A stretch of DNA of 64,000 nt from IMG/VR virus record IMGVR_UViG_3300034082_001974, one strand, 5' to 3'. The position numbers and the translations under genes were made by a program. The notes under the pieces are model-generated. The model searched no databases, had not been told where the DNA came from, and was given only the letters and a program-made list of their open reading frames with translations. The stretch comes from a virus (taxonomy: Duplodnaviria; Heunggongvirae; Uroviricota; Caudoviricetes). Shown piece by piece: positions 35,704 through 44,377 of the stretch (position 1 is its first letter; the number at the start of each line of letters is the position of its first letter).

Positions 35704-36115
35704 TTGGAGTTGAGTAGTGAATATGAACTACTGTGCTACAACTACGAATATAGGACGAACACACAGGGCAGGGTCTCGCATTTCGTAGTTCTTGTCCTCC
35801 GTGACCACCTACACGACAAACAATAATTGTATCAGCATCTTCTTTTGCTTTTATAAGAACTCGCAACTCTCCGTGAAGGTAGATTTTATTTTCCAGTTGT
35901 GGTTCGTTGAAAATCCTTGCAGCATTCTGTGCCGCCCAATACTGAATTGGGTGAGTAATTTCATAAGAATTTACAGCAGAAGCAATAATACGATTTTTCT
36001 TCAAAAGAATCGCACCAATCTTCTTCGGTGCGTCTGAAGACATAGAAACTGCATATGCTTGCTTAAGTATTTCCCTCTTCAGTGGAGACTTTGTTGCCAA
36101 GATTTGCGATTTCAT
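35672..36115 (-). CDS. cytidine/dCMP deaminase-like zinc-binding protein
   Basis: HGE...PCPVC zinc-binding motifs (H-x-E / PCxxC). Confidence 0.6.
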   Translation of the reverse strand: MKSQILATKSPLKREILKQAYAVSMSSDAPKKIGAILLKKNRIIASAVNSYEITHPIQYWAAQNAARIFNEPQLENKIYLHGELRVLIKAKEDADTIIVCRVGGHGGQELRNARPCPVCSSYIRSCSTVVHIHYSTPNGFLYEYWGE

Positions 36116-36293
36116 TAGAAAGTTCAGTTAGATCGTTTCGGTCTAAAACTATTAAATCATTTTGTGCTGTGTATGTCCTCACATAATCACAGGAGAGTGA
36201 GAGGATTGCAGATACTAACTTTGATTCTGTATCTGCACCAGCATTTCTTGCATCCCACACTCGGGTCATAAACTCTTGTGCTTTGTCACTCAT
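36063..36293 (-). CDS. hypothetical protein (start trimmed to MSDKAQEF...)
   Basis: track ORF overlaps 36286..36915 in another frame; ATGAGTGA junction at 36293. Confidence 0.4.
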   Translation of the reverse strand: MSDKAQEFMTRVWDARNAGADTESKLVSAILSLSCDYVRTYTAQNDLIVLDRNDLTELSNEIANLGNKVSTEEGNT

Positions 36294-36915
36294 TTTCTTT
36301 AATGTTGTAGATATAATGGTTTGAAGTTTCAAATGTTCTTGTGTTTTCCACAGAATATACAGTAGTATCAATCTCATATCCAGGGTTTTTGGAGATGCGA
36401 TTGAATGTCCAAGCACTATCATACCATATAATCCTGTTGTTTGGATAGGCATAATAGTTACCAGTTTCTACCTTGAATAAATGAGCACACTTATGTTCTG
36501 GCGTTTCAGAATAATTGAAATCAGTCATTCCTTTATTCTCAAATCCCCAGTCAAGTGTGAACATATAGTTACCTTGAACTTTAGTATTGTCTGGACGAAT
36601 AAGTTCTGCTTTCAATCCAGCAAGACGATTTCTTCGTTGAACATCAATATAAGAAGAAAAACAGTCCCAATACATTATTTGATTGAGTGGTTCTATTTCA
36701 GCATCAGGTTTCCAACAAAGTGAGTGTAATGGTCTGCGTGTCCAGTTTACGCCATTTTCCAAAAAACACTCAAACAATGGAACTCTTTTTTCCATTGATG
36801 CCACGGAATGAACATCACATTTCGTAACTTCTCCGTGACCTTGTTGGTGATTATATAAAAATTCATTACGAATGTAACAAGACCAATCTGGTAGATTATG
36901 ATTTAGATAAGACAC
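36286..36915 (-). CDS. hypothetical Trp/Tyr-rich protein
   Basis: track ORF. Confidence 0.55.
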   Translation of the reverse strand: MSYLNHNLPDWSCYIRNEFLYNHQQGHGEVTKCDVHSVASMEKRVPLFECFLENGVNWTRRPLHSLCWKPDAEIEPLNQIMYWDCFSSYIDVQRRNRLAGLKAELIRPDNTKVQGNYMFTLDWGFENKGMTDFNYSETPEHKCAHLFKVETGNYYAYPNNRIIWYDSAWTFNRISKNPGYEIDTTVYSVENTRTFETSNHYIYNIKENE

Positions 36916-36918
36916 TAA

Positions 36919-37197
36919 TTAATTCTTCTCAAAGTTGTTTCTAAATTCTTCTAATTTTTCTGGTTCATTAAGAACTGTATTAAGACCATATTGAGCAATA
37001 AATGAATTAAGAACTGGATCGTCTACAGATTCCTCAAGATAAAGTCCACTCACCTTATTGTAGAAGTTCTCAACATCTTCAGTGACATAAGTACCAGTAT
37101 CACTATCTAATCCTGACTTTGCATATGAATATAAGGCATTAGTAAGGATTTCAAGTTCTTGCTCGGACAGTTGAAAAGTAACTTTGTATTGTGACAT
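36919..37197 (-). CDS. hypothetical protein
   Basis: track ORF. Confidence 0.5.
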   Translation of the reverse strand: MSQYKVTFQLSEQELEILTNALYSYAKSGLDSDTGTYVTEDVENFYNKVSGLYLEESVDDPVLNSFIAQYGLNTVLNEPEKLEEFRNNFEKN

Positions 37198-37308
37198 TTG
37201 GTTTAATGTTTTCTTTATTTAGAATCAATTAAGTTTTTTAGGTTTGCTGCACTCATTACACACAGTAGAAAATCCGTACTTAAAGCGTTCGATTTTTTGA
37301 AAGTGTCC

Positions 37309-38106
37309 TTATGACATTCGTATTCTTTTAGAAGTATCTATACCTCTTTTGTTTTGATACCGGGTAAGTGGTCCTGATGTTGATACATATCCAGTTTCAA
37401 GGCACATCCATTTTTGTGAGTTTGTTATTTTACTACCTATTTTACCACCTATTTTACCATTTTCAATTGTTTGTTCTGCAGTTAATCCAAAAATTCCTAC
37501 ACCAAGTTCTTTTGTTTTTTTACCACCCTTTTTATTATATTTTTTACCATTTTCCATTCTTTGTTCTGGGGTAAATCCGCATATTCCTATACCAAGTTCC
37601 TTTGCTTTTTTACCAGCTTTTTTACCATCTTCCGTCATTTGTTCTTTTGTTCTTCCACAAATCCCTGTTTTATTTTCCTTATGTTTTTGTCCTGATATTT
37701 TCCCACCTTTTTTACCATCTTTGGTCATTTGTTCTTTTGTTCTTCCGTGAACTCCTATACCAAGTTCTTTTGTTTTTTTACCAGTTATTTTACCTGAATT
37801 TCTACAAATTTCTAAAGAAACCTTACCACCACAATTTTTATTAAGACACCATTTATCAGTATTATAAAATGATTTAATCAATCTTGTTTCAACTTCTTGT
37901 GCTTTAATCCATCCTTCATCTGTATAAGAAAAGACTTCAAGTATTTGTTTCTTTGCTGTATAAAAATTCCAGCACCACTTATGAGTATATGGGGAACCCC
38001 AGTATTCCTCACCAAACTTCGTTTCCTTATGAACTCCATAGTAATAGTAAGGAACTTCCTCAAAAGTAATTTTGTATATGTAAATTCTTGGACTTTGTGA
38101 AGTCAT
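37309..38106 (-). CDS. GIY-YIG homing endonuclease with expanded NUMOD3-like repeats (paralog of 16486..17157)
   Basis: N-terminus 90% identical to first copy for ~100 aa; >=6 GI(G/C/H)G(R/L)TKEQ modules; same upstream hairpin. Confidence 0.65.
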   Translation of the reverse strand: MTSQSPRIYIYKITFEEVPYYYYGVHKETKFGEEYWGSPYTHKWCWNFYTAKKQILEVFSYTDEGWIKAQEVETRLIKSFYNTDKWCLNKNCGGKVSLEICRNSGKITGKKTKELGIGVHGRTKEQMTKDGKKGGKISGQKHKENKTGICGRTKEQMTEDGKKAGKKAKELGIGICGFTPEQRMENGKKYNKKGGKKTKELGVGIFGLTAEQTIENGKIGGKIGSKITNSQKWMCLETGYVSTSGPLTRYQNKRGIDTSKRIRMS

Positions 38107-38153
38107 CGTTATTCTATAAGAACTGCATTATTATTTATAAAAGTTTATAATAG

Positions 38154-38173
38154 AAAAGGTGCCCGGAAGCACC
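38154..38173 (-). terminator. hairpin GGTGC-TTCCGG-GCACC + TTTTCT, upstream of second GIY-YIG gene
   Basis: duplicate of 17197-17216. Confidence 0.35.
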
Positions 38174-38217
38174 TAATCTTGTCCGTAGAGAATTGCAGTT
38201 CCTATAGACAATATTAT

Positions 38218-38451
38218 TTATTCATCTATTTTAATAGGTTTATCGCAAGAATTGCAATAATAACTAAATCCAGTCTTAAAGTATTTAACTGACTGAAAGT
38301 TTTCCAAATTCAGTGGTTTGGTTTCTTTGCACCGAGAACAAGTTCGTTCAGCGGGGAGTGATGATAATGTCTTTTGCACCTTGAGTTTTGATGTGATTTT
38401 CCCAAAAAATCGCTCCCTCCAGGTCAAGAAAAATTGCAGTGTGCTGAACAT
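38218..38451 (-). CDS. hypothetical zinc-ribbon protein
   Basis: track ORF; CSRC...CNSC. Confidence 0.4.
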   Translation of the reverse strand: MFSTLQFFLTWRERFFGKITSKLKVQKTLSSLPAERTCSRCKETKPLNLENFQSVKYFKTGFSYYCNSCDKPIKIDE

Positions 38452-38490
38452 AAGTTTTTTTCTTTGGTTTGAGATAAATGACTTCGTATT

Positions 38491-38676
38491 TCATTTTTCG
38501 CTTTCTTTGAGTAGTTTAATTTTATCAAATTCTTTGGGATAAATCAAGATGCATACCTCTTTCAGTCTTTCTTCTGGATACTTATTAATACAAACTGTAA
38601 TGTACGAGTTACATATAAACTGAATAGTACCAACATAATCTTTATACTGAACCACAAGACCTTCATAAAATGTCAT
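38491..38676 (-). CDS. hypothetical protein
   Basis: track ORF. Confidence 0.45.
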   Translation of the reverse strand: MTFYEGLVVQYKDYVGTIQFICNSYITVCINKYPEERLKEVCILIYPKEFDKIKLLKESEK

Positions 38677-39365
38677 TGAAACCTCTTTAGAACCTTATTG
38701 TTAATATCATAAAGACCAAGAGCGCCATCAGGAGAACCACACTCTGGATCCAATACAATAGAGTTTTCATTCATAAAAACTGTATGATAATGACCCGAAA
38801 CAAGTACATAATCTTGTGTTCGGTTGTTCTTCCACCATTCAATTCTTTGCTTTTTTTCTCGCTGAATTGGACCGTAGAGCATTGTAGACTTTGTGGATCT
38901 ATTCAATCTATCTTCATATATTAGACAATAATCATCATACTCAGGAACTTCAATACGACTTGAAAAGTATGCGTGTGCAACTCGGTATTCTATTTGATTT
39001 TTATCCTGAAATACCACACCATAAGGCATTGTATTAAGAAACTCATACAATTCTTCCAAAGAAATATTAGAGTTCTCAAAGTCATTTAGAGTTCTTTGAA
39101 GATCTTCACCAATAAAAACGTTATTACCTTTTAAATGACGGAGTAATTTGTTTTGATGATTGGATTGAAGACAAATCGCAGAGTTATTCTCAATTTGTTC
39201 TTTGACCTGATTATATACGGAAACGGAGTTAGTGTTTTCTACACGAGAATCAAATAGGTCTCCCAGAAACAATGGAGTTAAATTGTGATTAATACAATAC
39301 TCCAGTGCAGATTTCAGTAAATGTGCCTGAGAATGCACATCACTGATTAATGCAAATGACTTCAT
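38673..39365 (-). CDS. calcineurin-like metallophosphoesterase
   Basis: ISDVHS, GDLFDSR, SNHQ, VSGHYH motifs; terminator then TATAAT upstream. Confidence 0.65.
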   Translation of the reverse strand: MKSFALISDVHSQAHLLKSALEYCINHNLTPLFLGDLFDSRVENTNSVSVYNQVKEQIENNSAICLQSNHQNKLLRHLKGNNVFIGEDLQRTLNDFENSNISLEELYEFLNTMPYGVVFQDKNQIEYRVAHAYFSSRIEVPEYDDYCLIYEDRLNRSTKSTMLYGPIQREKKQRIEWWKNNRTQDYVLVSGHYHTVFMNENSIVLDPECGSPDGALGLYDINNKVLKRFQ

Positions 39366-39400
39366 TGAATTTTTCTTGGTTATGAAAACATTATACCATA

Positions 39401-39426
39401 AAAAAGAGGGTCTTGAGAACCCTCTG
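39401..39426 (-). terminator. intrinsic terminator AGAGGGT-TCTCAAG-ACCCTCT + T6, immediately followed by TATAAT
   Basis: 7-bp stem, T6; sits between conserved element (39423-39447) and -10 box (39391-39396). Confidence 0.6.
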
Positions 39427-39447
39427 TGTGCCAGTTTGAAAAGTGGT
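39423..39447 (-). promoter_or_regulatory. conserved intergenic element
   Basis: copy 18 (followed by terminator). Confidence 0.55.
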
Positions 39448-39452
39448 TTTAA

Positions 39453-40127
39453 TCAACGAAGTCCATATTTTTTGATATCTGCTTGTGCATCATCTCTTGC
39501 TTGAAGTTCTTTACCTTTTCTATATTCGCTACCAGATCCTGCTCTATTTTTTCTTGCTTGTGATGTTGAACGCTTACGCCATTCTGGTGTATCCACCATA
39601 TTAGAAAGACTACGAAGAATAATTTCTTTATCACCACCAAGTTTTTTTGCCTGTCTTTCAATTTTACCACGATTCATTTTTTTGAATCCCTCATCAAGAA
39701 CTTCTTCACAAATACTCTCCTTCCAATCTTCACTCATATTCGCCATAATAGCAGTTGCTGACTCTTCAGTATCAGCATAACCTTCATCAAGAAGATGTGT
39801 GAGGATTAGGTCGTAGAGGTCTACTTCTTCTTTTCTAGTGTTCCCATGAATTGGTTCCAGTCCTCGTCTACGACGGGATTTATTACCAGCACCTCTGTCT
39901 CCAAAATCAGAATATCTTTCTCCTTTGCCACCTGTTGATTTTTTATCTCGTGGACGTTCATCGCGAACTCCAACATTAAAAGCAGTGGCACGATCTCTTG
40001 ATGATACATATGGACTATGTTGTTTTGCAATCATCTTGTCCTTACGAGGACCATCCATCATTGCCTCATCAAGTTCATAAACACCTTGATATGCGTCTAG
40101 AAGATCTAGAAATTCTCTTGCGTTCAT
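39453..40127 (-). CDS. hypothetical charged protein with EGYAD...MANMSEDW domain
   Basis: track ORF; paralogous domain with 8715..9062. Confidence 0.55.
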   Translation of the reverse strand: MNAREFLDLLDAYQGVYELDEAMMDGPRKDKMIAKQHSPYVSSRDRATAFNVGVRDERPRDKKSTGGKGERYSDFGDRGAGNKSRRRRGLEPIHGNTRKEEVDLYDLILTHLLDEGYADTEESATAIMANMSEDWKESICEEVLDEGFKKMNRGKIERQAKKLGGDKEIILRSLSNMVDTPEWRKRSTSQARKNRAGSGSEYRKGKELQARDDAQADIKKYGLR

Positions 40128-40184
40128 TTTACAAATACGTTTTAGGTATTTATAAAAAAAAGAATCCTCTCTTTTTGAAGTGGA

Positions 40185-40598
40185 TCATCTATTTTTATTT
40201 AATCTTTCTACATGCTTTTTATTTAATCTTTCTACATGCTTTTTATGTCCCTCTTCATCTCTATAAATGTGTCTACCGGGAACTGTTAGGTTATATCCAA
40301 GTCTATCTTTTCCACCATGCCATTTATCTTTTCTTAAAAATTTATCAGCATTTTGTTTAGCAAAAGTCCTTTTACCTTTTTCAGTTTTCTTTTCTTTAAA
40401 TCCCTTTGATTTTTGTTGAGGTCCAATAACCTTAATTGCAGTTATCATATTACTAAATCTACTATCAGAGTCCCTTTCACCACGCTCTCTTTTAGCTTTA
40501 TCTCTTGCAAGATGTCTCTTCATTTGAGATTGCATTTTAGGTTCATTCATTGGCTTAAATGCTTCAGCAATCATCATAAACTCCTGAAAGGTTTTCAT
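40185..40598 (-). CDS. hypothetical basic protein with internal KKHVERLN tandem duplication
   Basis: track ORF; 21-bp direct duplication at ~40200-40245. Confidence 0.5.
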   Translation of the reverse strand: MKTFQEFMMIAEAFKPMNEPKMQSQMKRHLARDKAKRERGERDSDSRFSNMITAIKVIGPQQKSKGFKEKKTEKGKRTFAKQNADKFLRKDKWHGGKDRLGYNLTVPGRHIYRDEEGHKKHVERLNKKHVERLNKNR

Positions 40599-40655
40599 AT
40601 TAACAAATACTTTTTAGATATTTATAAATTTTAATCACTCAAATAGATTCCCATA

Positions 40656-41111
40656 TTATCCTCTAATAATAGTATCAAAACCCTCCTCGTTTGTTGGAAG
40701 TTCATATTCTTTTATCATTCTCTCAAGGACTTCTGGTGGAATGACTTTACCTGGTCTTTGGGTATTTCTTTTGAGTGCTGTTTCTAATGATACCACAAAG
40801 TACACTGCTGTTTTTTTATAAGTATCTGGAATATGCTTAAGTTTCTCACGTCTTTGCTTCTTGGTCAAATTTGTTTGATCCCAAATTATACTCTTACCAT
40901 CTTCTATTGCTTGCCTAAGAACCTTCATCATAGCAATCTGTGCGAACCTTATGTTTCCTTTAAAAACAGTATTATAAGATTGCTGGCGTTCTTTTGCGAC
41001 CTCTTGAAGAATGTCATCAGAAGAAACGCGAACATATTTTTTGTATTTTGGATCATTGGAGAAGGTTGATTTTCCTGCAGTAGGAATGCCAACAAGCATT
41101 ATCAGTTCCAT
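40656..41111 (-). CDS. P-loop kinase, polynucleotide 5'-kinase-like
   Basis: Walker A GIPTAGKST at N-terminus; 151 aa; overlaps and follows RNA ligase gene. Confidence 0.55.
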   Translation of the reverse strand: MELIMLVGIPTAGKSTFSNDPKYKKYVRVSSDDILQEVAKERQQSYNTVFKGNIRFAQIAMMKVLRQAIEDGKSIIWDQTNLTKKQRREKLKHIPDTYKKTAVYFVVSLETALKRNTQRPGKVIPPEVLERMIKEYELPTNEEGFDTIIRG

Positions 41112-42262
41112 TTCAAGTTACCCCACATCCAACGAGCACTTTCAATTTTCGTTTGGGAACTCAAAGATTTTCCAATCATTTTTATCAATACCTCTTGAGA
41201 ACCTTTACCCGCTTTCATTTCATACATTATAGGAACATATTTAGTCAGCAAGATTTTCTGGACGAACTCAACAGCGAAGTCTTTCTTATCAGGATACTTT
41301 GTATTTCCAGTCACAAAGAGTTCCGCCAAATCACAGGCAACGTCTTCCAGACCCACCCAGAATGCCCTCTCAAAAGAGCGTAGGCGTTGAGCGTCCTCTG
41401 GTGTCAGCAGCGGCACCAAATCGTCTACAGAGTCGTCTAGGATGGTCTGAAGGACATTCTTCTCCTGACTGATGCTGTCTTTGGAGCGGTGGCGAAGCAC
41501 ATAATCATCTGCCTTGATCTTAATCATATGACCAGAATCAAAACGAATTACCACACCCTCCAAGTCTTCCCATTTACGGATGTGTTCTACAATCTTGGTG
41601 ATGTCTTTGTCATCACCAGCAATTGCTTTGACTATAGGAATATTCCATGATTCGGTATATCGCTTCATAATATCATAGGGAACATATTCACCAGTATTTA
41701 AATAACGAATGCCAGTCAGAATCAGTTGATCTTCAGGATAATCAATGACAATACGATTCTTACGAGAGCACCATTCAAAAATAGGAGTGGTTCCCTTTTG
41801 GATACATTTATTAATAAAGGTGGAATAGTGTGATTTATCAGAAATGAACGCTTCTGCTTGTTCAGAAATATCAGTAACACCTGCCTTGGTTGCGAGGAGG
41901 AAACCCTCTTTGGTGGAAATATGACGAATCATGGATCCATCAAGTTTCTCTAGAACAACGTGAGGTTCATACAGATTGATTCTATTCAGTTGAGTTTCTT
42001 CCTTCTCACCAGCATTAAAGAATTTATTGTATGGTCTTGAAATAAGAACTCCATTATCATCAAAAATCAAACCACGACATTCCCGACGAACAGAAGAACC
42101 TACAGGGTCATTAGAGTCCCACTTAAAGGTTTCCTCAAGTGCGACCATATACTGAATTACGGTGTAACCTTCTTTCTCCATTACCCGGAACTCATCTCTA
42201 CCTTCAATATGAGGAAGAACGTCATGAATGGTTTTAATTTCTGGGAAGTCGTAATTCATCAT
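41102..42262 (-). CDS. RNA ligase, Rnl1 (T4 RnlA)-like
   Basis: motif I EKLDGS, motif IV EGVVIRF, motif V KIKADDY; 386 aa; terminator then TGCTATAAT upstream. Confidence 0.7.
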   Translation of the reverse strand: MMNYDFPEIKTIHDVLPHIEGRDEFRVMEKEGYTVIQYMVALEETFKWDSNDPVGSSVRRECRGLIFDDNGVLISRPYNKFFNAGEKEETQLNRINLYEPHVVLEKLDGSMIRHISTKEGFLLATKAGVTDISEQAEAFISDKSHYSTFINKCIQKGTTPIFEWCSRKNRIVIDYPEDQLILTGIRYLNTGEYVPYDIMKRYTESWNIPIVKAIAGDDKDITKIVEHIRKWEDLEGVVIRFDSGHMIKIKADDYVLRHRSKDSISQEKNVLQTILDDSVDDLVPLLTPEDAQRLRSFERAFWVGLEDVACDLAELFVTGNTKYPDKKDFAVEFVQKILLTKYVPIMYEMKAGKGSQEVLIKMIGKSLSSQTKIESARWMWGNLKWN

Positions 42263-42289
42263 TACTTTGATTTATAAGGTCATTATAGC

Positions 42290-42316
42290 AAAAAAGGAGG
42301 GCGTTGAAACCCTCCT
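42290..42316 (-). terminator. intrinsic terminator AGGAGGG-loop-CCCTCCT + T6, followed by TGCTATAAT
   Basis: 7-bp stem, T6; between element 42313-42339 and extended -10 42282-42290. Confidence 0.6.
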
Positions 42317-42339
42317 TGTACCAGTTTAAAAATTGTCTA
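42313..42339 (-). promoter_or_regulatory. conserved intergenic element
   Basis: copy 19 (followed by terminator). Confidence 0.55.
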
Positions 42340-42349
42340 CTACAGAAGG

Positions 42350-42685
42350 TTATGGTGATGGAGTAGAATTTTGTTTTTTGTTTTTTACTGTTCGTGCAAT
42401 TTGTTTTACAAGATCAACAGTTCCTTTCACTGCTTGAGTTACATTACGTGATGTTTGTGCAGACTTTGCTTTAGCATTTTGTCTTTGATATTCTTTTCTT
42501 TTTTTGAGTGCTTCTGCTTTTTCTTGTTGTGCCCGAAATAGTTGAGATGTAATTTTTCTTTTAGTTTTTGATTTTTTTCTTGCTGCCCTAGTTAAATCTA
42601 CGGATCTTTTTTCACGAGCATCTGATTCTGCCTTAGCAGTTGCAACATCTTCCATAAACACAGAAAAGGATTTCATAAGCACCAA
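42350..42685 (-). CDS. hypothetical basic protein
   Basis: track ORF. Confidence 0.5.
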   Translation of the reverse strand: MVLMKSFSVFMEDVATAKAESDAREKRSVDLTRAARKKSKTKRKITSQLFRAQQEKAEALKKRKEYQRQNAKAKSAQTSRNVTQAVKGTVDLVKQIARTVKNKKQNSTPSP

Positions 42686-42704
42686 AAACTCTTCTAGTAT
42701 TTAT

Positions 42705-42884
42705 TTAAAGTTCTTCGTGATAAGGCATAAAGACATATTCTTCAGGTTCTTCACCCTCAACCACAAACTCTTCAAAAATTGCATGTGAGTCATCAAAGTG
42801 TTCTTTATTCACAAGATATTGCATTCGGTTACAATAAAACTCTTCAATTTGGTAGATGCTCAAGTTGCGCTCTGCTTGTGTCAT
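42705..42884 (-). CDS. hypothetical small acidic protein (~59 aa)
   Basis: manual ORF filling gap. Confidence 0.4.
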   Translation of the reverse strand: MTQAERNLSIYQIEEFYCNRMQYLVNKEHFDDSHAIFEEFVVEGEEPEEYVFMPYHEEL

Positions 42885-42927
42885 GTAAAATACTACTTCA
42901 AAATTTATACAGTTTGATCGTGATTAA

Positions 42928-43164
42928 TTAAGTTGCAAATGCTTCCACCACACGAGATTCTTCATTTTCCACAAGAGCAAATTTTTCTGCTTTCACAATA
43001 TATTCACGAAGTTTTGGGTAGTATTCTTCATACCCTTGATATTCATAATGATTAGAAATTAAGACAAAACACTCATCATCAGTTTCAGCAATAACATTCC
43101 ATAGTCCCCCGTATTCCGAACAGGGAAAACTGATTGCGTGGTCAACGATATACAGATATTTCAT
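42928..43164 (-). CDS. hypothetical protein
   Basis: track ORF. Confidence 0.5.
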   Translation of the reverse strand: MKYLYIVDHAISFPCSEYGGLWNVIAETDDECFVLISNHYEYQGYEEYYPKLREYIVKAEKFALVENEESRVVEAFAT

Positions 43165-43251
43165 TAGTTTGGGTAAATTACTCCTTAATTGTAGTAGAGT
43201 TTTGTGTTTTAGTCAAGAGTAGTTGGCGTTTAGTTTCTGTAGTCATTAATT

Positions 43252-43530
43252 TCAGTCTATAGTAGTAAAACGGTCACTCCAAAGAATGTAGAACCTTTCG
43301 CTAAGGTTCTGAAGCATGGTATATCGTTGAACGATTTCGCTGTCAATTGGAAGATCAACCATACCATAAGGACAAGCAAAATCAAAAGAAGTTGACGCTT
43401 GCATGAGAACTTCATTAATCAGTTCGTGTTCGGCAAAGGTCAAGAGAACTTGAATGTCACCTTGAGCAATGTGAGAATCTTCGTTGGTGTCTTCAACAAC
43501 CGGATAGTTGGGAGTAGGAAGAGAAATCAT
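43252..43530 (-). CDS. hypothetical protein
   Basis: track ORF; element 43587-43610 plus CTCTATAATAACC box. Confidence 0.5.
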   Translation of the reverse strand: MISLPTPNYPVVEDTNEDSHIAQGDIQVLLTFAEHELINEVLMQASTSFDFACPYGMVDLPIDSEIVQRYTMLQNLSERFYILWSDRFTTID

Positions 43531-43586
43531 AATTTGATTTTGTTTACAAGGTTATTATAGAGTGTTTGAGTGAGAAGTGAGAGCAT

Positions 43587-43610
43587 CCTTGTGCCAGTTT
43601 AGCAATCGCC
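43587..43610 (-). promoter_or_regulatory. conserved intergenic element
   Basis: copy 20. Confidence 0.55.
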
Positions 43611-43772
43611 ACTCTCCAGGCAGGCACTGACATCCTGAATTTCCTTTGCCTTGCGCGTGAGTTCCTTAAGATGCAGTGAGAGGATGTTGAGATCGTCTTC
43701 TGTGCGTCCCATAAGAGCATCATAGACTCTCTCAAAGGCCGCTGCGGTTTGTAATGTGAGTTGTCTTTCCAT
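43599..43772 (-). CDS. hypothetical small coiled-coil protein (~57 aa)
   Basis: manual ORF; stop inside conserved element; preferred over track ORF 43544..43735 in other frame. Confidence 0.4.
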   Translation of the reverse strand: MERQLTLQTAAAFERVYDALMGRTEDDLNILSLHLKELTRKAKEIQDVSACLESGDC

Positions 43773-43807
43773 TATTTGATATTATGTTAATGAAGGAATA
43801 AATTTTT

Positions 43808-44317
43808 TCATTTTTGACGAACCTGTTCTACTTTAGTTTGGTTACCATCAAGATTATATTCTTTATTTAAATCTTTATTCCACACAGTTCCGTGAATAAA
43901 ACCAACGCCACCAAAAACAATAGCGGCGATCAGAATGGCGGCACCTCTTTTAACTTCATCTTCAGTGGCATCATCATTATCAGCGAAATCAGAAATGTTA
44001 AGTCCTACAATTTTCTGAGTCAACCAAGTTGCACCAGCACCATAAGCAGTCATAAGAATCAAAGGAGTAAAATACAAAAGAAGGGCTGAACCTCCAAGAA
44101 GTCCCATCAACCAAATACCACCAGATCCACCACTAAAGTCTAGACTGCTTCCACCAGAATTTTCACGAATCTCACGGAGGTTGATGATTTGTTCTGCACC
44201 ATAAACATTTTGAAGTTGTTCTTTTGCTCCACCAGAGGTGCTTGCACCAACTTCAATGTCAACATAACCAGATTTACTCCCAAGCCAGCATTTTGCCGTC
44301 CAACGTCGTGATGCCAT
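43808..44317 (-). CDS. hypothetical Gly-rich membrane protein
   Basis: track ORF; TM segments; terminator then TAGTATAAT upstream. Confidence 0.55.
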   Translation of the reverse strand: MASRRWTAKCWLGSKSGYVDIEVGASTSGGAKEQLQNVYGAEQIINLREIRENSGGSSLDFSGGSGGIWLMGLLGGSALLLYFTPLILMTAYGAGATWLTQKIVGLNISDFADNDDATEDEVKRGAAILIAAIVFGGVGFIHGTVWNKDLNKEYNLDGNQTKVEQVRQK

Positions 44318-44352
44318 AATAAGATTCCTTTGAGTTACTGTGTAATTATACT

Positions 44353-44377
44353 AAAAAAGGGTTGCTTGTGACAACCC
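44353..44377 (-). terminator. intrinsic terminator GGGTTG-TCACAAG-CAACCC + T6, followed by TAGTATAAT
   Basis: 6-bp stem, T6; between element 44378-44403 and -10 44345-44350. Confidence 0.55.

Noticed and set aside
37280-37305. Half copy of the conserved intergenic element (TTGAAAGTGTCC only)
   Set aside because: The 5' half (GTGCCGGTTC) is absent, so it is not counted among the 24 copies.
37368-38100. Several 60-80-aa plus- and minus-strand ORFs inside the second GIY-YIG gene (37368..37574+, 37602..37844+, 37878..38063-, 37897..38100+)
   Set aside because: These are shadow ORFs generated by the internal repetitive Lys/Gly-rich repeat DNA. The long minus-strand GIY-YIG frame explains the region.
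43544-43735. 63-aa minus-strand track ORF
   Set aside because: It runs through the conserved 26-nt element and the -10 box of gene 43252..43530. A 57-aa ORF in another frame (43599..43772) ends inside the element as in other copies, and is preferred.
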